A stretch of DNA of 63,697 nt, counting the filler, from Octopus bimaculoides (taxonomy: Eukaryota), in NCBI RefSeq assembly GCF_001194135.2. It is 4 parts of 4 records of this genome, joined end to end, with 100 filler letters (N's around TTAATTAATTAA, not from the genome) between each part and the next. Parts side by side here need not be neighbours in the genome. Positions count along the whole stretch, not along the records: positions 31,161 to 43,176 come from NC_068992.1; positions 43,277 to 57,503 come from NC_069004.1; 2 more parts are not named here. One strand, given 5' to 3'. The notes below the pieces were generated by a model, which worked only from the letters and a program-made list of their open reading frames with translations, searched no databases and was not told the origin of the DNA. Below are positions 40,970 to 54,732 of this stretch, one piece after another. Every line of letters starts with the position of its first letter. Position 1 is the stretch's first letter. A program made the position numbers and the translations under genes.

Positions 40970-42260
40970 AAATGAATAATAACAGACTATGAATAATTGT
41001 CAACTCATTACAACTGTTTCTTACTCATCTTTTTAATAGAACAATGAGAACATTACTCCATTCCAAACAGTAATCATCAGATGAAACGGAATTTTACAAA
41101 CAACAGAATATCGAAAGACTACAGCAGGGATGTGGCTGAAGTCTGTCGAGGTCAGGTATGAAATGGTAGAATGGTCTAACACTAAGGAAGTCCTATCCTA
41201 GTTTACATAATTTCAGAATCGAAGTACTGGTTCCTTCAATTTGATATAAATGCATACTATATAAGTATATTCACCATACTTCTAAATAATACCCTAATTT
41301 AAGCAAGAAGCATCACATCCATTACTAAAGATACGATTGAAATTATTCTGTTATCTAGAAGAACTATAATTAAATTTCAAAGTAGACAGTACACGGGAAG
41401 CGAGCCCTTGACAATTTTGATACAGCCATCGGTCTAGCGACCGGCCGAGGTTACCAACACCGTAGGAATCTACAACGCCTTGCGAACACGTTCCCACATC
41501 TTTGTGGTGGTCTATATAGGGACGAGGCTCTCTGTGTCTTACCCACCAATATTAAAGTTTTACTAGAAAGAACACGCAAAAACATAAGGAAATTGTTCCG
41601 TAACTTTAACGTAGACTTAACTTTCGAACCTGGTACTAAAATAGTTAACTTGTGAGACGTCTCGTTAAACCTAATATCTGGATTATACTATCCCTACAGA
41701 AAACCAGATGAAATCACTAAATATGGTGGCAAATTTCCCAATCATCCATCCTCCATCATTAATTCTTTCACTAAGAGTATTTCACGTAGAATTACGCAAC
41801 TTTTGGTGGAAAGATATTTTCAATACATACTCTCATTTTTACAATTCGGCTCTTTCTAAGGCAAGATATAAACAGGAAATAGTATATGAAAACCATGCCG
41901 CTACTGGCTCATCTAATAGTAATGTAGTGGGGGTGCGGATGGTAATAGTACTGTATCAGCAATTAGCCATCTAAGTAAGAGAAGTCTTATCACCCCGGCT
42001 ATTACAAACTCTGGCGGAAATATTGGCCTAAATAAACCACTCATAATAAAAGGAAGCCTTCTCCTATTTTATAGTTGGCCTCGACAGATTTCAGCCACGT
42101 CCCTGCTGTGCTCTTGGGTTATACTTTTGTTGGTAAAATTAGTTTCATATAAGGATTACGGCTTTTTGCAATGGAGTAATGTTCTCATTCTTCTATTAAA
42201 AATATGTAAGAAACATATGTAATGAACTAACAATTATCCATCGTCTGTTATTATTCATTT
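40970..42260. repeat. ~180-bp inverted repeat arms (40970-41151 / 42079-42260) flanking a Penelope RT fragment
   Basis: CAGCAGGGATGTGGCTGAAGTCTGTCGAGG vs CCTCGACAGATTTCAGCCACGTCCCTGCTG, plus TGAGAACATTACTCCATT and AATGAATAATAACAGAC matched in reverse. Confidence 0.85.
41290..41890 (+). mobile_element. Penelope-like element reverse transcriptase fragment (inactive)
   Basis: NTFPHLCGGLYRDEAL...LERTRKNIRKLF...KIVNL*DVSLNLISGLYYPYRKPD...NHPSSIINSFTKSISRRI; GLYRDD, LDVTLNL..YRKP and NHPP..I motifs of PLE RTs; catalytic DD changed to DE, stops present. Confidence 0.85.
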
Positions 42261-42569
42261 CATTATAATACATCAAGGGGATTGGCGAATTGTCGGACAC
42301 CCTAGGGTATTCCAACAACATTCAACGCATGCTTTAGGCCAGTTCCTAGGCGTTAATTACTAATAGGGTTGGTTTTCTGTGAATACACAACCAGAATATC
42401 CTATTTGTTACATTAGCATTCGTAGGCCCTAGGCCGGAATCACAGCTTTATTCAACCCTACTTAGTTCATATCTATTCTAGTACCTGATTCTATCAGAAA
42501 CCTTATTTTACTCTCTACCTCTCTCTCTCCCTGTATCTCTCTCCCTCTCTCTCTCTCCCTCTCTCTCTA

Positions 42570-42636
<67 letters not shown>

Positions 42637-43276
42637 ATATATACACACACACATATAGCTAGATCTATTAGAAATAACTTTCAAATGTTGGCATACTGTA
42701 TGTATTTTCTAAAAAAAATCAACAGAAATTAGATGCGAGCTTAAACACATATAATGCTTGTTGTGATAGACTAAAACAATAATACAATATTTCGACATGC
42801 CTATTCTCACTTTTTTCAAACATTTCAGGCATCCATTTTATGAGTCATGTTACATTTTATAAGCTCAGATAGCTTTGCATGCTAAATGCATTATGCATTT
42901 TAGTTTATTTAAATATGAATGTTTGATTTCAATTTCAAGTATTAATCTATGAAACATTCCCAAATAGTTATGGTTTTAAAACCGAGTACGCATTGAAAAG
43001 CCTATATAATATTCATGAACGCTTCTTTCCTTTGATCTGAGAAACAAATCTCTGAGACATATTCTGGACACACACGCAAGCACTCTCTCAGACACACAGG
43101 CACTAACATGTATATATGTATGTATGTATGTATTTATGTATGTATGTATGTATGAGTGAATGTACCTATGTATATANNNNNNNNNNNNNNNNNNNNNNNN
43201 NNNNNNNNNNNNNNNNNNNNTTAATTAATTAANNNNNNNNNNNNNNNNNNNNNNNNNNNNNNNNNNNNNNNNNNNN

Positions 43277-43452
43277 ATTTCGTCTGCCGCAACGTTCTGA
43301 GTTCAAATTCCGCCGAGGTCGACTTTGCCTTTCATCCTTTCGGGGTCGATTAAATAAGTACCAGTTACGCACTGGGGTCGGTATAATCGACTTAATCCGT
43401 TTGTCTGTCCTTGTTTGTCCCCTCTGTGTGTAGCCCCTTGTGGGTAGTAAAG

Positions 43453-43458
<6 letters not shown>
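43277..43458 (+). mobile_element. SINE family A, long-tail copy followed by (CA)n
   Basis: ...TTGTTTGTCCCCTCTGTGTGTAGCCCCTTGTGGGTAGTAAAGAAATAA then (CA)n; 5' end lost in the scaffold join. Confidence 0.9.
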
Positions 43459-43486
<28 letters not shown>

Positions 43487-43599
43487 TCTTCCGACCCTCT
43501 GAACGGGACGCCGGTTCATCACAGCATTACGCATTTTTGCCAGCTGAGTGAATGAAGTGTTTTGCTAAAGAACGCAACGCACCGCCCAGCCCAGAAATT

Positions 43600-43775
43600 G
43601 AAACCTAGCAGCATTGCATCCGTCTTTACCTTCTGAGTTCAAGTTCCACCGAGGTCGACTTTGCCTTTCATCCTGTTGGTGTCGATTAAATAAGTACCAG
43701 TTATGTACTGAGGTCGATGTAACCGACTTACCCCTCCCCTGAAATTGCTGGCCTTGTACCAAAATTTGAAACCAG
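43600..43775 (+). mobile_element. SINE family A copy with CCTTGTACCAAAATTTGAAACC tail
   Basis: Central domain intact; tail GAAATTGCTGGCCTTGTACCAAAATTTGAAACC. Confidence 0.85.
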
Positions 43776-44597
43776 TATTTAATTGTATGTTAATTTGATT
43801 TTAATGTAAGATCTTGTTGAAGACCGAATTTATTATACGTTCTTTGTGGTGTCTGAAAGATTTGACATTGTCAAGGCTTTCAATGACAGTTTCGATCCTA
43901 TAATCGTTTGTGAAATTTAATGTTATGAAAAAGAAAGAAAAATATTAAGTATATAAATACATACTAGTATATACTCCCTACATATAATAGATCTTAATGT
44001 CGACTGAGGTGATTTAATAATATGGGAATAATTAGGTGAAGCGTCGTTGAGATATTGAATTAATTTCGAGAGCTCCTTAAGAGTACAATATATAAATGAA
44101 TAAGTAAAACGAAAGTTTGGGAGATAACTAGAGAAGGGAGCGTTTTTAAGTGAACGTTGGGTTGCTATTTCTAACAAATGGAAGGCTCACGTAAGTGAAT
44201 CGCTCCTACAGTTTGGTCTGTTATATTTCTGCTGGTTGTTGGTGTGTTGTCCTATTGTTAATACCATTCAACCATTAAACCAGCCAGCCAGCCAGCCAGC
44301 CAGGTAGGTAAGTAGGTATATCAGTTGGTAAACAAGAGGCACATCCACCCCCGTCGGGCAGAACGATAAATTGTAATCATCTCTCGTCGTTATTGGATGT
44401 TTGTTAACGTCATGTTTACTGACAAAATATTACAGCCACCGGAAATTGCCACGTTTCAAACCCATTTCTCTTTCTGAAACTTTTTTAGGTGTTTTTTTTT
44501 TCCATTTCTTTTGTTCATATATATCTTTTTTTTCTCGTTGTTGTGGTTATTGAAATTGTTGTTTTTGTAGTTGTAATTCCGTTTTAATTTTTGTTTC

Positions 44598-44921
44598 ATT
44601 CTTCTTCTTCTTCTTCTTCTTCTTCTTCTTCTTCTTCTTCTTCTTCTTCTTCTTCTTCTTCTTCTTCTTCTTTGTCGTCTTCTTCTTCTTCTTCTTTTTC
44701 TTCTTCTTCTTTTTTTTTCTTCTTCTTCTTCTTCTTTGTCGTCGTCTTCTTCTTCTTTGTCGTCTTCTTCTTCTTCTTCTTCTTCTTCTTCTTCTTCTTC
44801 TTCTTCTTCCTCTTCCTCCTCCTCCTCCTCTTCTTCTTCCTCCTCCTCCTCCTCCTCCTCCTCCTCCTCCTCTTCTTCTTCTTCCTCCTCCTCCTCTTCG
44901 TCGTCGTCGTCGTCGTCGTCG
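44598..44921. repeat. Compound (TTC)n/(TCC)n/(TCG)n microsatellite
   Basis: Directly visible trinucleotide tract; explains the poly-E/R/K/S ORFs. Confidence 0.95.
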
Positions 44922-45401
44922 ACGTCAACATCCACTCCATCTGCTAAGTAATCATATTATACTCAACGTAAAGAACCCTAATATCCTTCCTCTTCATCCT
45001 CATCGTCCTCATTACCACCACCACAACCAACACTACCACCAACAACAATAACAGCAACAACAACAACGACGACGACGATAACAGCAATTACACCTTCAAT
45101 AACTAATGCTACTCATCCTCCTCCTCCTACCAATCCTTCTTCCCCCTTCGCAGACACACATCTACCATACCTCCCCCCTTCACCTATTATAGGATTAAGG
45201 AAGACATCAGTGCTGGTTAAGTTTGTTTTTCAATTCCGTGCAGAGGTGTGTATATAGTTGTGTGTGTGTATAAATACACACACATATGTACACCCCTCAC
45301 ACACTCACACAAACATATGCATAAATATATATATATTTTATATTATGCATACATATGTACATGCGGACAGACACGTGCGCAAATATATATGTGCGTGTGT
45401 G

Positions 45402-45441
<40 letters not shown>

Positions 45442-45664
45442 AAAACACATACACACACTCGTGTATATATAATGTATGCATACAAGTGCGTATATGCATG
45501 CGTGTATGTATACATATATATGTCCGAATATCTATCTGAACTACTATAGATAGAAAAAGTAAAGTGTGTGGCAGTATGAGGAAGATAGAGCGGGGGGAGA
45601 GGAGAGAGAGAGAGATAGAAGAGAGAGAGAAAGTAAAGGAGAGATGAGGAGGAGAGAAGAAAGG

Positions 45665-45712
<48 letters not shown>

Positions 45713-46048
45713 TAGAGAGAGAGAGAACAGGTAAAATGCAAATAAATGGAAAAAGACGATGGTATGAGTAGATCATGGGAAGAGAGTGCGGAGGAGAGTA
45801 AAAAGTATGTGCGGAGTACAGGGAGAGGGTGAAAGAAAAGAGAGAGAAAGCGAGAGAGATAGAAAGATAGAAAGAGAGGGAGAGAGAGAAGAGAGTTTGT
45901 TAAGTGCAATGCATGAAGTAGGGTATATGGAAATGTGGAATGGAGGAGGAAAAAAAAACTGAAAGAGAATTATTTTCAGACACTTATATATGCTTGTATA
46001 TACGTGTGCATGCATGCATAAATGTATGTATGTATGTATGTATGTATG

Positions 46049-46082
<34 letters not shown>

Positions 46083-46446
46083 TGTATGTATGTATGTATG
46101 TATGTATGTATGTATGTATGTACATACATACACACACATACATACATACATACATACATATATACGTATATGTGCGTGTGTAAGTATGTATATATGCATG
46201 CATCTGTGTATATATACTTCTGGATGACGAGGCTGGTGTCTGTTACTGAAGACGCGAAATTACACAGAAATAGCGGCGTTTGACAGTCCGCTGATGTGAT
46301 TTGGATTATGTTGGGTTCTTAACACACAAAGTTTTTAAGGAGTAAGTTTCACCGAAACCCGATTCTACAACGAGCTCCGTTCTGCATTCATGTGTACATG
46401 AATGTATTATAAATGTTATACACAATTCGTTAAATATATAAGTTTA

Positions 46447-47332
46447 TGAAGGAGAATCCAAAAGAAACCGGAATTTTGCAATATTATCTTATTCACTTAG
46501 TTTTACACTTTTACCGCCTTCAATGTATTCTCCATGTGAAGTAATGCATCAATCCATGCACATTTTCCACTGTTCGAAGCTGTCCTGGAACTCTTGCGAA
46601 GTAATACCTTTTAACGTCTCCGTCGTTTTTCTCTTCACCTTTTCCACAGTTGCAAAACGTTTTCCTGTAACGACCTTTTTCATTCACAGAACAAAAAAAG
46701 TCGTGGTGAGCAAGATCAGGTGAATAAGGGTGAGGAGGATAAGCGAGTTCATGCCATTTTTGGTCAAATATTGTCTCACACTCAAGGCGGTATACAACTC
46801 TTTTCATTAGGCAATTCTTCGCCTAAAATTCGTTAGCAGGAGCTCCAGGACACACCAGTCGTACCAACAAGTTCATCAAATGTTCGGCGACGGTCATCTA
46901 AGAATTTTCGTGATGTTTTCATTCGTTCGTGGGGTCGATGACTGTTCTGAACGAGGTTGGTCTTCAAGCGACAAGTGACCATTTCTAAAGCGTGAAAACC
47001 ACTCATAAACTTGTGTTTTGCTCATGGCAGCGTCCTTGTAAGCTGTTTGAGGGATGGTAACTGTTTCGGCCGCCGTTTTCCCCGGCAGAAAACAGAATTT
47101 CACGGAAGCATGCTGTTACTTCGCCTTAGCCATTGCAAAAATCGACGATCAAGGAAGAAGCACGGCAAAACAAAGATGCACCACGTGACATTACGACTAC
47201 AGCCAATAACTCCGGTCGGCAGACTAATGCCTGAAGGTCGCATTAAGTGAAGTGGCTTCTAGCGGCGGAAGCTTGAACTACAACGGGCTTGTACCACGAG
47301 TACGTTTCCGGTTACTTTTGGGTACCTCCTCG
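46447..47332 (-). mobile_element. Mariner (DD34D-type) element, internally deleted, TIRs and TA TSD
   Basis: TIRs TA|TGAAGGAGAATCCAAAAGAAACCGGAA and TTCCGGTTACTTTTGGGTACCTCCTCG|TA; transposase pieces MKFCFLPGKTAAET...VYEWFSRFRNGHLSLEDQPRS and HPPHPYSPDLA. Confidence 0.92.
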
Positions 47333-47341
47333 TATATGCGC

Positions 47342-47396
<55 letters not shown>

Positions 47397-47484
47397 AGCC
47401 AATCTGTCTGTCTGTCTGTTGGTCTGCCTGTCTATCTATCTACCTACATATACACTCACATATACATATATGTATAAATCTATC

Positions 47485-47534
<50 letters not shown>

Positions 47535-48401
47535 CACACACACTATATAAGTATATGTATATTAATCGTTTCTATGTATCTATTTATCAGTAAATGTTGC
47601 TACCAGTTCCACTGAGCTTCATGTTCGCGCTCTGTAGACGGCTAGAACGACCGTAACCAAAGCAAATAACTTCTGGAGTAAACCCTGCGAAACAACCTTG
47701 CAGAGAAAACACTTCTTAGGAAAATACATGTACAAAGTGAAAAACTGCGAAAATATTTCAACATTTGAAAATAATGTCGAGCATTGATGGGTCGCTGAGG
47801 GGTATTGTTAGTTTCCCGTGTTTTGCACGCCTAGGTGACTATACAGTGTAAATGTGTGGGTGGGTGTGCGTTTCGCTTTTCTTTTGTTAAGGGAATACAC
47901 AGGATCACATAGAAAGACGGAAATGCAGAGGCCGCGAGGTATTGCGGATGACTGGTTATGTTGTATGAATAAATGAAAGTGATGAAGTGATATATTTTCT
48001 GCATTAACATATCATTTTATCACGATCCGTAATAAACAAAGTTTAATAGAGAATAAAAGGGACAGGTGGGGAGATAGATGGGCGCACATTGCTATGTTTT
48101 TATGTTCTTTATTTTCACTGTTTTATACGGCTGGTGAAGCCGTAGAAATTCTCTGGCAACCACAGTTTTATAAGCAGTTTTATACGTACACATATGTATG
48201 TATGCGTGTGTGTTATATAATATATATATATATTTATGCATGTGTATGTGTGTGTTTATTGTGTATATACACACATATTAGCATCTAGAAATACGAATTC
48301 GGGTTAATCTATGAGTACATAGGCTTTGGCTCATCAAGGACGACCTTTCTCAAGGGTGTAGAATGAGTATTAGATGAATAGCTTCAACATTGCCCAGACT
48401 G

Positions 48402-48489
48402 ACAACGAGAAGTGAGAACAACGAGAAGTGAGAACAACGAGAAGTGAGAACAACAAAAAGTGAGAACAACGAGAAGTGAGAACAACGAG
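48402..48489. repeat. 16-bp tandem repeat x5.5
   Basis: ACAACGAGAAGTGAGA repeated head to tail without spacers. Confidence 0.95.
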
Positions 48490-48599
48490 CTAACGGCTCA
48501 GACCGAGGTTACAGAGCTTGCCTCTTTAGCATACTGCTTTATATCAATGAGCCCTGGAGCATCTGCTCCAGACAAGGGACCAGTTTCAACTCCTTCCAC

Positions 48600-48990
<391 letters not shown>

Positions 48991-49000
48991 TAGGGTCATA

Positions 49001-49637
49001 AACTGAATATTAATTCAATTTAAAACCAAGTGGCCTAACATATAAAATCTGAAAATTCAGAAAAAATTGTATTACACGTGTATAGGGGATGACCACTAGG
49101 CTGACATATTCAATTTATCACCCTATCTATATAAATAATAATTTAAATAGTTATGTTCTCCAGCCGGCAACATATGCTGCAGTAAATTATTCTCTGCAGA
49201 ATTGTTTCCGGAATTTTGCACGCCGGAGCTGAGGCATTTTGAAAAATAGCCCCAATGTAATTGGTAGAACTGTATGCAAGTCTTATTTTATGAAGACAAT
49301 TCGTGTACAGTTTTTCAAATTATATTGATTCTAGAACATCCATGCTGATGAGAATACGGATGTTGTTACTTAAGTAAAACGTTAATGTTCGAAACTTCAG
49401 TACATAGATAATTCTTTATTCTGTATATTTCACATTTTGTCCTGTTCTGGTGTCTTGCGAAATTTTTCTGGAGAGCATTATTTTTCTTTGTGGTTGGGTG
49501 GTTGATAACCTCTTTCTAGCATATTGGATGTCCACCTAGTGGTCATCCCTTATACACATGTAATGTAATTTTTTCTGAATTTTCAGATTTTTTTATATGC
49601 TAGGCCACTTGATCTTAAATTGAAATAATATTCAATT
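49001..49637. mobile_element. MITE with ~115-bp TIRs, TA-flanked
   Basis: CAAGTGGCCTAACATATAAAATCTGAAAATTCAGAAAAAATT...GGGATGACCACTAGG mirrored at about 49525-49637; TA at 48999-49000 and 49638-49639. Confidence 0.85.
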
Positions 49638-49746
49638 TATCAATAATATTCAATATATAAATNNNNNNNNNNNNNNNNNNNNNNNNNNNNNNNNNNNNNN
49701 NNNNNNNNNNNNNNNNNNNNNNNNNNNNNNNNNNNNNNNNNNNNNN

Positions 49747-49780
<34 letters not shown>

Positions 49781-49784
<4 letters not shown>

Positions 49785-51116
49785 GTCATCCCATAAATAA
49801 TGCGGTTTTCTAAATTGCATGAACTAAAAGTCGGAGTGGGACAGGATTAACTACTTGCATCAACTTGTTATAAAAGGAGGTAGTAATTTTACCTTGTCCT
49901 TATTCTTAGTACAAGTTTTGAAGAGTGCAGTTCGATTTATAAAAGTTATTCTCTCAAAGCTATAACGGAACTGACAAAGGTGCATATGCGGCATATTTTG
50001 CTTTATGAGTTCAATAAAGGCAACAACGGTGCGAGGAATATCAATGCAGTATATCAGTATATGCAGGGAATCGGACAATAAGTGTAAGCCAGTGTCAATG
50101 GTGATTCCAGAAATTCCGAGCTGGAAACTACAGCCTAGAAGATGAGCCTCATCCTGGAAGATCTGTAGAGCTCAACAAGGACNNNNNNNNNNCTAGAAGA
50201 TGAGCCTCATCCTGGAAGATCTGTAGAGCTCAACAAGGACATCCTGCAAACCCTGGTGGAACAAAATCCCATCGTAACTGTTGAAGGACTAGCAGAGAAG
50301 CTTGGTCATTCATCCATTCATCAACAACTGTGTGCCATCAGAAAAGCCAGCAAATTGGGTCAATGGGTTCCTCACAAACTTTCTGAGTCTAATCGTGTGC
50401 AGAGAATGAATGTGTAGTCTTCTTTGCTGTCACGTCTCATGAATGACAATTTTCGACTGATAGTGACTGGTGAAAAGAAATGGTGCTCTGTAAAAATGTC
50501 AAGCGCCAAAGACAATGGGTAGAGAAGGGAGAAACACTGGCACCTCAGGCTAAAGAATGTCTTTACCCACGTAAGGTGTTGTTATTTGTTTGGTGGGATA
50601 TGAAAGGTTTAGTCCACTTTGAACTTTCAACCTCCATCCAAACGATAACAAAGGAGATCTACTGCGAGCAGCTTGAGCGGCTTAAGTCAGCACTAGAAGA
50701 GAAACGACTATCTTTGGTTTCAAGACGAAAGGTGTTTTTTCATCAGGATAATTCTCGACCACAGCGAAGATGACATTCCAAGTGCTGGAGCAGTTTGAAT
50801 GGGAAATGATGCCCCACCCACCATATTCGCCAAACATTGCCCCATTTGAATGCTATTTATTCTGTAGTCTTCAAAATCATTTGGACGGAAACAATATGAA
50901 TTCTATAGACGCGGTTAGAACAGTACTGGAGTAGTATTTTCGTCACGGATAAGTGAATTTTAGAAGAGGGGCCTTGCACGTCTACCAGATAGATGGAAGA
51001 GCATTGTAGAAAATGAAGGAGAGTATATTTTAGATTAGAAAAGAACTTTGTTTCTCTTAATTTTGAAAAATATAAGAAGTATAAAAATAACCCCGCATTA
51101 TTTATGTCAAAAACAG
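49781..51116 (+). mobile_element. Near full-length decayed mariner transposon (DD34D)
   Basis: TIRs share CATAAATAATGCGG; transposase relic MRHILLYEF...WVPHKLSE...IVTGEKKW...KVLLFVWWD...FHQDNSRP...HPPYSPNIAP...RWKSIVENEGEYILD* with stops and frameshifts. Confidence 0.93.
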
Positions 51117-51119
51117 TAT

Positions 51120-52148
51120 TAACGCGAGTTTCGATCAGATCTGCCTACGTGGATAGTCATATTTTGGATAAAAGAGTAAATATGTATCTGATGGAACTAC
51201 AGGATTTACAGAAGAACCCTTCCGGAAGACCACGGACATCAAATAGCCCCAGAAAGTAAGAGAGGGTACTGGAAAGTTTTCACAGAAGTGCGAGAAAATC
51301 TGTGCGGCAAGTGATGCGTGACTTGGGGATTTTAAACCGTCTGTCTATCGCATTTTGAAAAGCTGGCATTGGAAAATTTATATCCCAACATTAATCCATG
51401 CTACCAATGAAGATGATGCAGATAGAAGAATGGTACATTGCAAGTGGCACTTCGCAAAATGCTCAGAAGATCCACGCTTTCCAACAAAACTTGTGTGCGG
51501 TGATGAAGCTACATTTGAATTAAATGGTTCAATCAACCGCCACAAATGCGCGTACTGGGGGCCTGAAATTCTGAATGTTACGAATGAACATTTACTAGGC
51601 GTTTCAGTCTGGTTACATCAAGAGAATTAATTCGACCATTCTTTTTTCATGATGTGACTGGTCCCGTTTACTTGAACATGCTGCAACAGTCTGTCACCAA
51701 GCATTAGAGAAATCTTCGAAGATGAGGAATTTTATTTTCAGCAAAGCGGAGGACCACCGCACTACCACCGTGATGAACAATCTTACCTTAATGAAACCAA
51801 CAACAGTCGCTGAACTGAGAGTTTGCCATTGAACGAGAATCCAATCAAATACCTAATGAAATGTTACTTGCCGCTTGCGATTCTATTGCTTCGCATTGTC
51901 AACAATATCTGGACCAGAATGGATATCAATTTGAAAACAGGCGATAACACAATCGTTAAAAAATTCATTTCAATAAATTCTACCTTTATATGCATTGTTT
52001 AAATTATGTACACATTTTTTGTGCGGCGGGGGTGTTTAAAGGCATTTAGATAATATCTGTAGATCATATTTTCTGGAAAGGATGCAGATTTTAATAAATA
52101 TTCCCATTCAGTTATTCAAAGTGTGTGTACATTTTTTGGGACACCCCG
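51120..52148 (+). mobile_element. Decayed Tc1/mariner-superfamily element (DUF4817-type transposase)
   Basis: LIHATNEDDADRRMVHCKW...DPRF...CGDEATFELNGSINRHKCAYWG; right TIR TTTTTGGGACACCCCG|TA. Confidence 0.85.
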
Positions 52149-53026
52149 TATATACATATATACATATGCATACACACATACATACATACATACATGCAAG
52201 CACATACGCATACACACTCACACACGTATATACATTTATATATATATTGTACTAAACACATAAACAGGTAAGGTAGAAATAAAAGATGACCAGTTCACAA
52301 GCTATCATGTTGAAACAAGTTAAATTTGGGGCTATGTTATCGTGAGAACAAAATAATCAAAGCTACTAACTCATCCCATACTTACCGAAAGAGAGACATC
52401 TAGATCTTCACACGTGCTTACAAGATTCTACATGCATGAATAAATTCTAAACAATGACACAACTTCAAATTTAATCAGTAAAAATTTCTTCAAAACACGT
52501 CTCCATAACAACCCACCCTAAAATCTAATTACTACTTCTCTCAAACATAAACGTCTACAGAAGATTTTGACTCAACACAAACTATGTAAATCCAGGGTTA
52601 AGTTCAATTCATTGCAATCCTATGATGGCTTCACTGGGTGAAACTTCGAAGTTACAGTCGATAACATTCCTGTTAAAGAGTTATAAGTTTGTACTATACA
52701 AAAGTATAGAGTAACGCATCATATTAATTTGAAATAGTTTTTTTTATAACTAAACATAAAAAGAAATATGTGCTTGAGTACTGTGCGTGTGTGCGCGTGA
52801 AAGAGAGAGTATGCGTGTGTGTGTGTGTATATAAATAAATATATGTATATATATNNNNNNNNNNNNNNNNNNNNNNNNNNNNNNNNNNNNNNNNNNNNNN
52901 NNNNNNNNNNNNNNNNNNNNNNNNNNNNNNNNNNNNNNNNNNNNNNNNNNNNNNNNNNNNNNNNNNNNNNNNNNNNNNNNNNNNNNNNNNNNNNNNNNNN
53001 NNNNNNNNNNNNNNNNNNNNNNNNNN

Positions 53027-53057
<31 letters not shown>

Positions 53058-53769
53058 GTATATATATATATACATGCATAGGTGCACATATATAAACATA
53101 CGTATGTACATACATAGACCTACGAAATGATATATGTATATATATGAACACTCTCATAGACACAGATACACACACGCGTATATGCACATGTATATACGCA
53201 CATGTTTATGTGTATATACATGCATTCACTAAAAACTGGAGCGAAATTGGGATAGTTAGGGGAAAAGCAGCGAAAAAACAAAGGGGAAAAAAGGGACTAA
53301 AAACTGAAAGAGAGGCAAAGTAAACAATGTAGCCAATGGCGGTGTGGGCGGGATTTGGAGGAGGAGGAGAAGGAGGAGGCATAAAGAGTAAGAAAGAGTG
53401 GAGGGAGGAGAAAAAGGATAAAAAATAGTTGGTGTAAAAGGAGGTGGTGGGAGTTATTGTATCATTGGCAGTAATGACTTCTTTGTTGTTCTAATGATGT
53501 TACTGCTGCTGATACTGCAATATTGATGCAGTATTGATGCAGTGGAGGTAACAATGTGCAATGTTGGAACTTTTCCTTTGAATCGTTGCAAAACACTACT
53601 GCAAACGTAAAGTATAATTGAAAGTGGTTACATATGTGTGTGTGTGTGTGGGGGGGGCATCGCCTTGAAGAATTTCTAGTCGAATAAATCGATTCCATTA
53701 CTTATTCTATCAAGCACTTTTGCCGAACCGCTAGGTTACGGGAACGCAACCATTTGTCAAGCGGTGGTG

Positions 53770-53854
<85 letters not shown>

Positions 53855-53954
53855 GTGAATCCAGTTAGGGGAGTTTGTTAATTGATTTGATAATCCACAT
53901 TTTAAACTTACTCTTTTTGAGATTATACACACACCACACATAAAACAGTTTATA

Positions 53955-54732
53955 CGAGGGGGTACCCAAAAGAAACCGGAATTTCGCAATATTATTTGAT
54001 TCATTTACATGTTTACATTTTCATCACCTTCAAAGTATTCTCGATTTGAAGCAATGCATCGGTCCAGACGCATTTTCCACTGTTGGAAGAAGTGTTGGAA
54101 CTCTTGCGAAGTGATTCCTTTTAATGCCTCCCTCTCTTTTTTCTTCACCTCTTCCGCATCTGCAAATTCCGTAGCGCCACCTTTCATCACCAGTGATGAC
54201 CTTCGAGAAAGGGTCCGGATAAATGTCCAACTCATTTTTCATTTCTTTCCATGCATTCAATCGTGACTGCTTTTGATCTTCTGTGAGCCAGGGAGGCACA
54301 AATTTTGCTGCAGCTCTTTTCATTCGCAATTCTTCGCTCAAAATTCGTTGGTAGGAGCTCCAGGACACACCAATCATATCAGCAAGCGTAAAAACCACCC
54401 GTAAACTTTTGTTTTGCTCATGGCTGCGTCCTTGTAAATTGTTTGAGGCAAGCCCTTTTCAGTTGTTTCGGTCACCGTTTTCCCCAGCAGAAAACCGAAT
54501 TTCATGGCAGCACGCTGTTCCTTCGTTTCAGCCATCGCAAAAATCGACGAACAAGGAAGAAGCACTGCAAAACAAAGATGCGCCACGTGGTAGTACCTTA
54601 GTAGCGGATGACACCGGTCGGAAGACTGATGCCTGAGGGTCGCATCAAGTGGCTTCTAGCGGCGGAAGTCTGAACTGCAAAAGGCTTGTCTCACAGAGAA
54701 TGTTTGCGGTTACTTTTGAGTACCTCCACCCA
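53955..54732 (-). mobile_element. Mariner element, same family as 46447-47332, different internal deletion
   Basis: TIR TA|CGAGGGGGTACCCAAAAGAAACCGGAA; MAETKEQRAAMKFGFLLGKT, AAKFVPPWLTEDQKQSR, VITGDERW, RLDRCIASNREYFEGD. Confidence 0.92.

Noticed and set aside
44456-44951. 159-aa poly-E/D/R ORF and overlapping poly-S/K ORFs
   Set aside because: Pure trinucleotide microsatellite open in several frames on both strands; no complex sequence or splice context.
50135-50240. 48-bp direct duplication inside the mariner transposase
   Set aside because: The copies flank a 10-N gap, typical of unmerged contig overlap.
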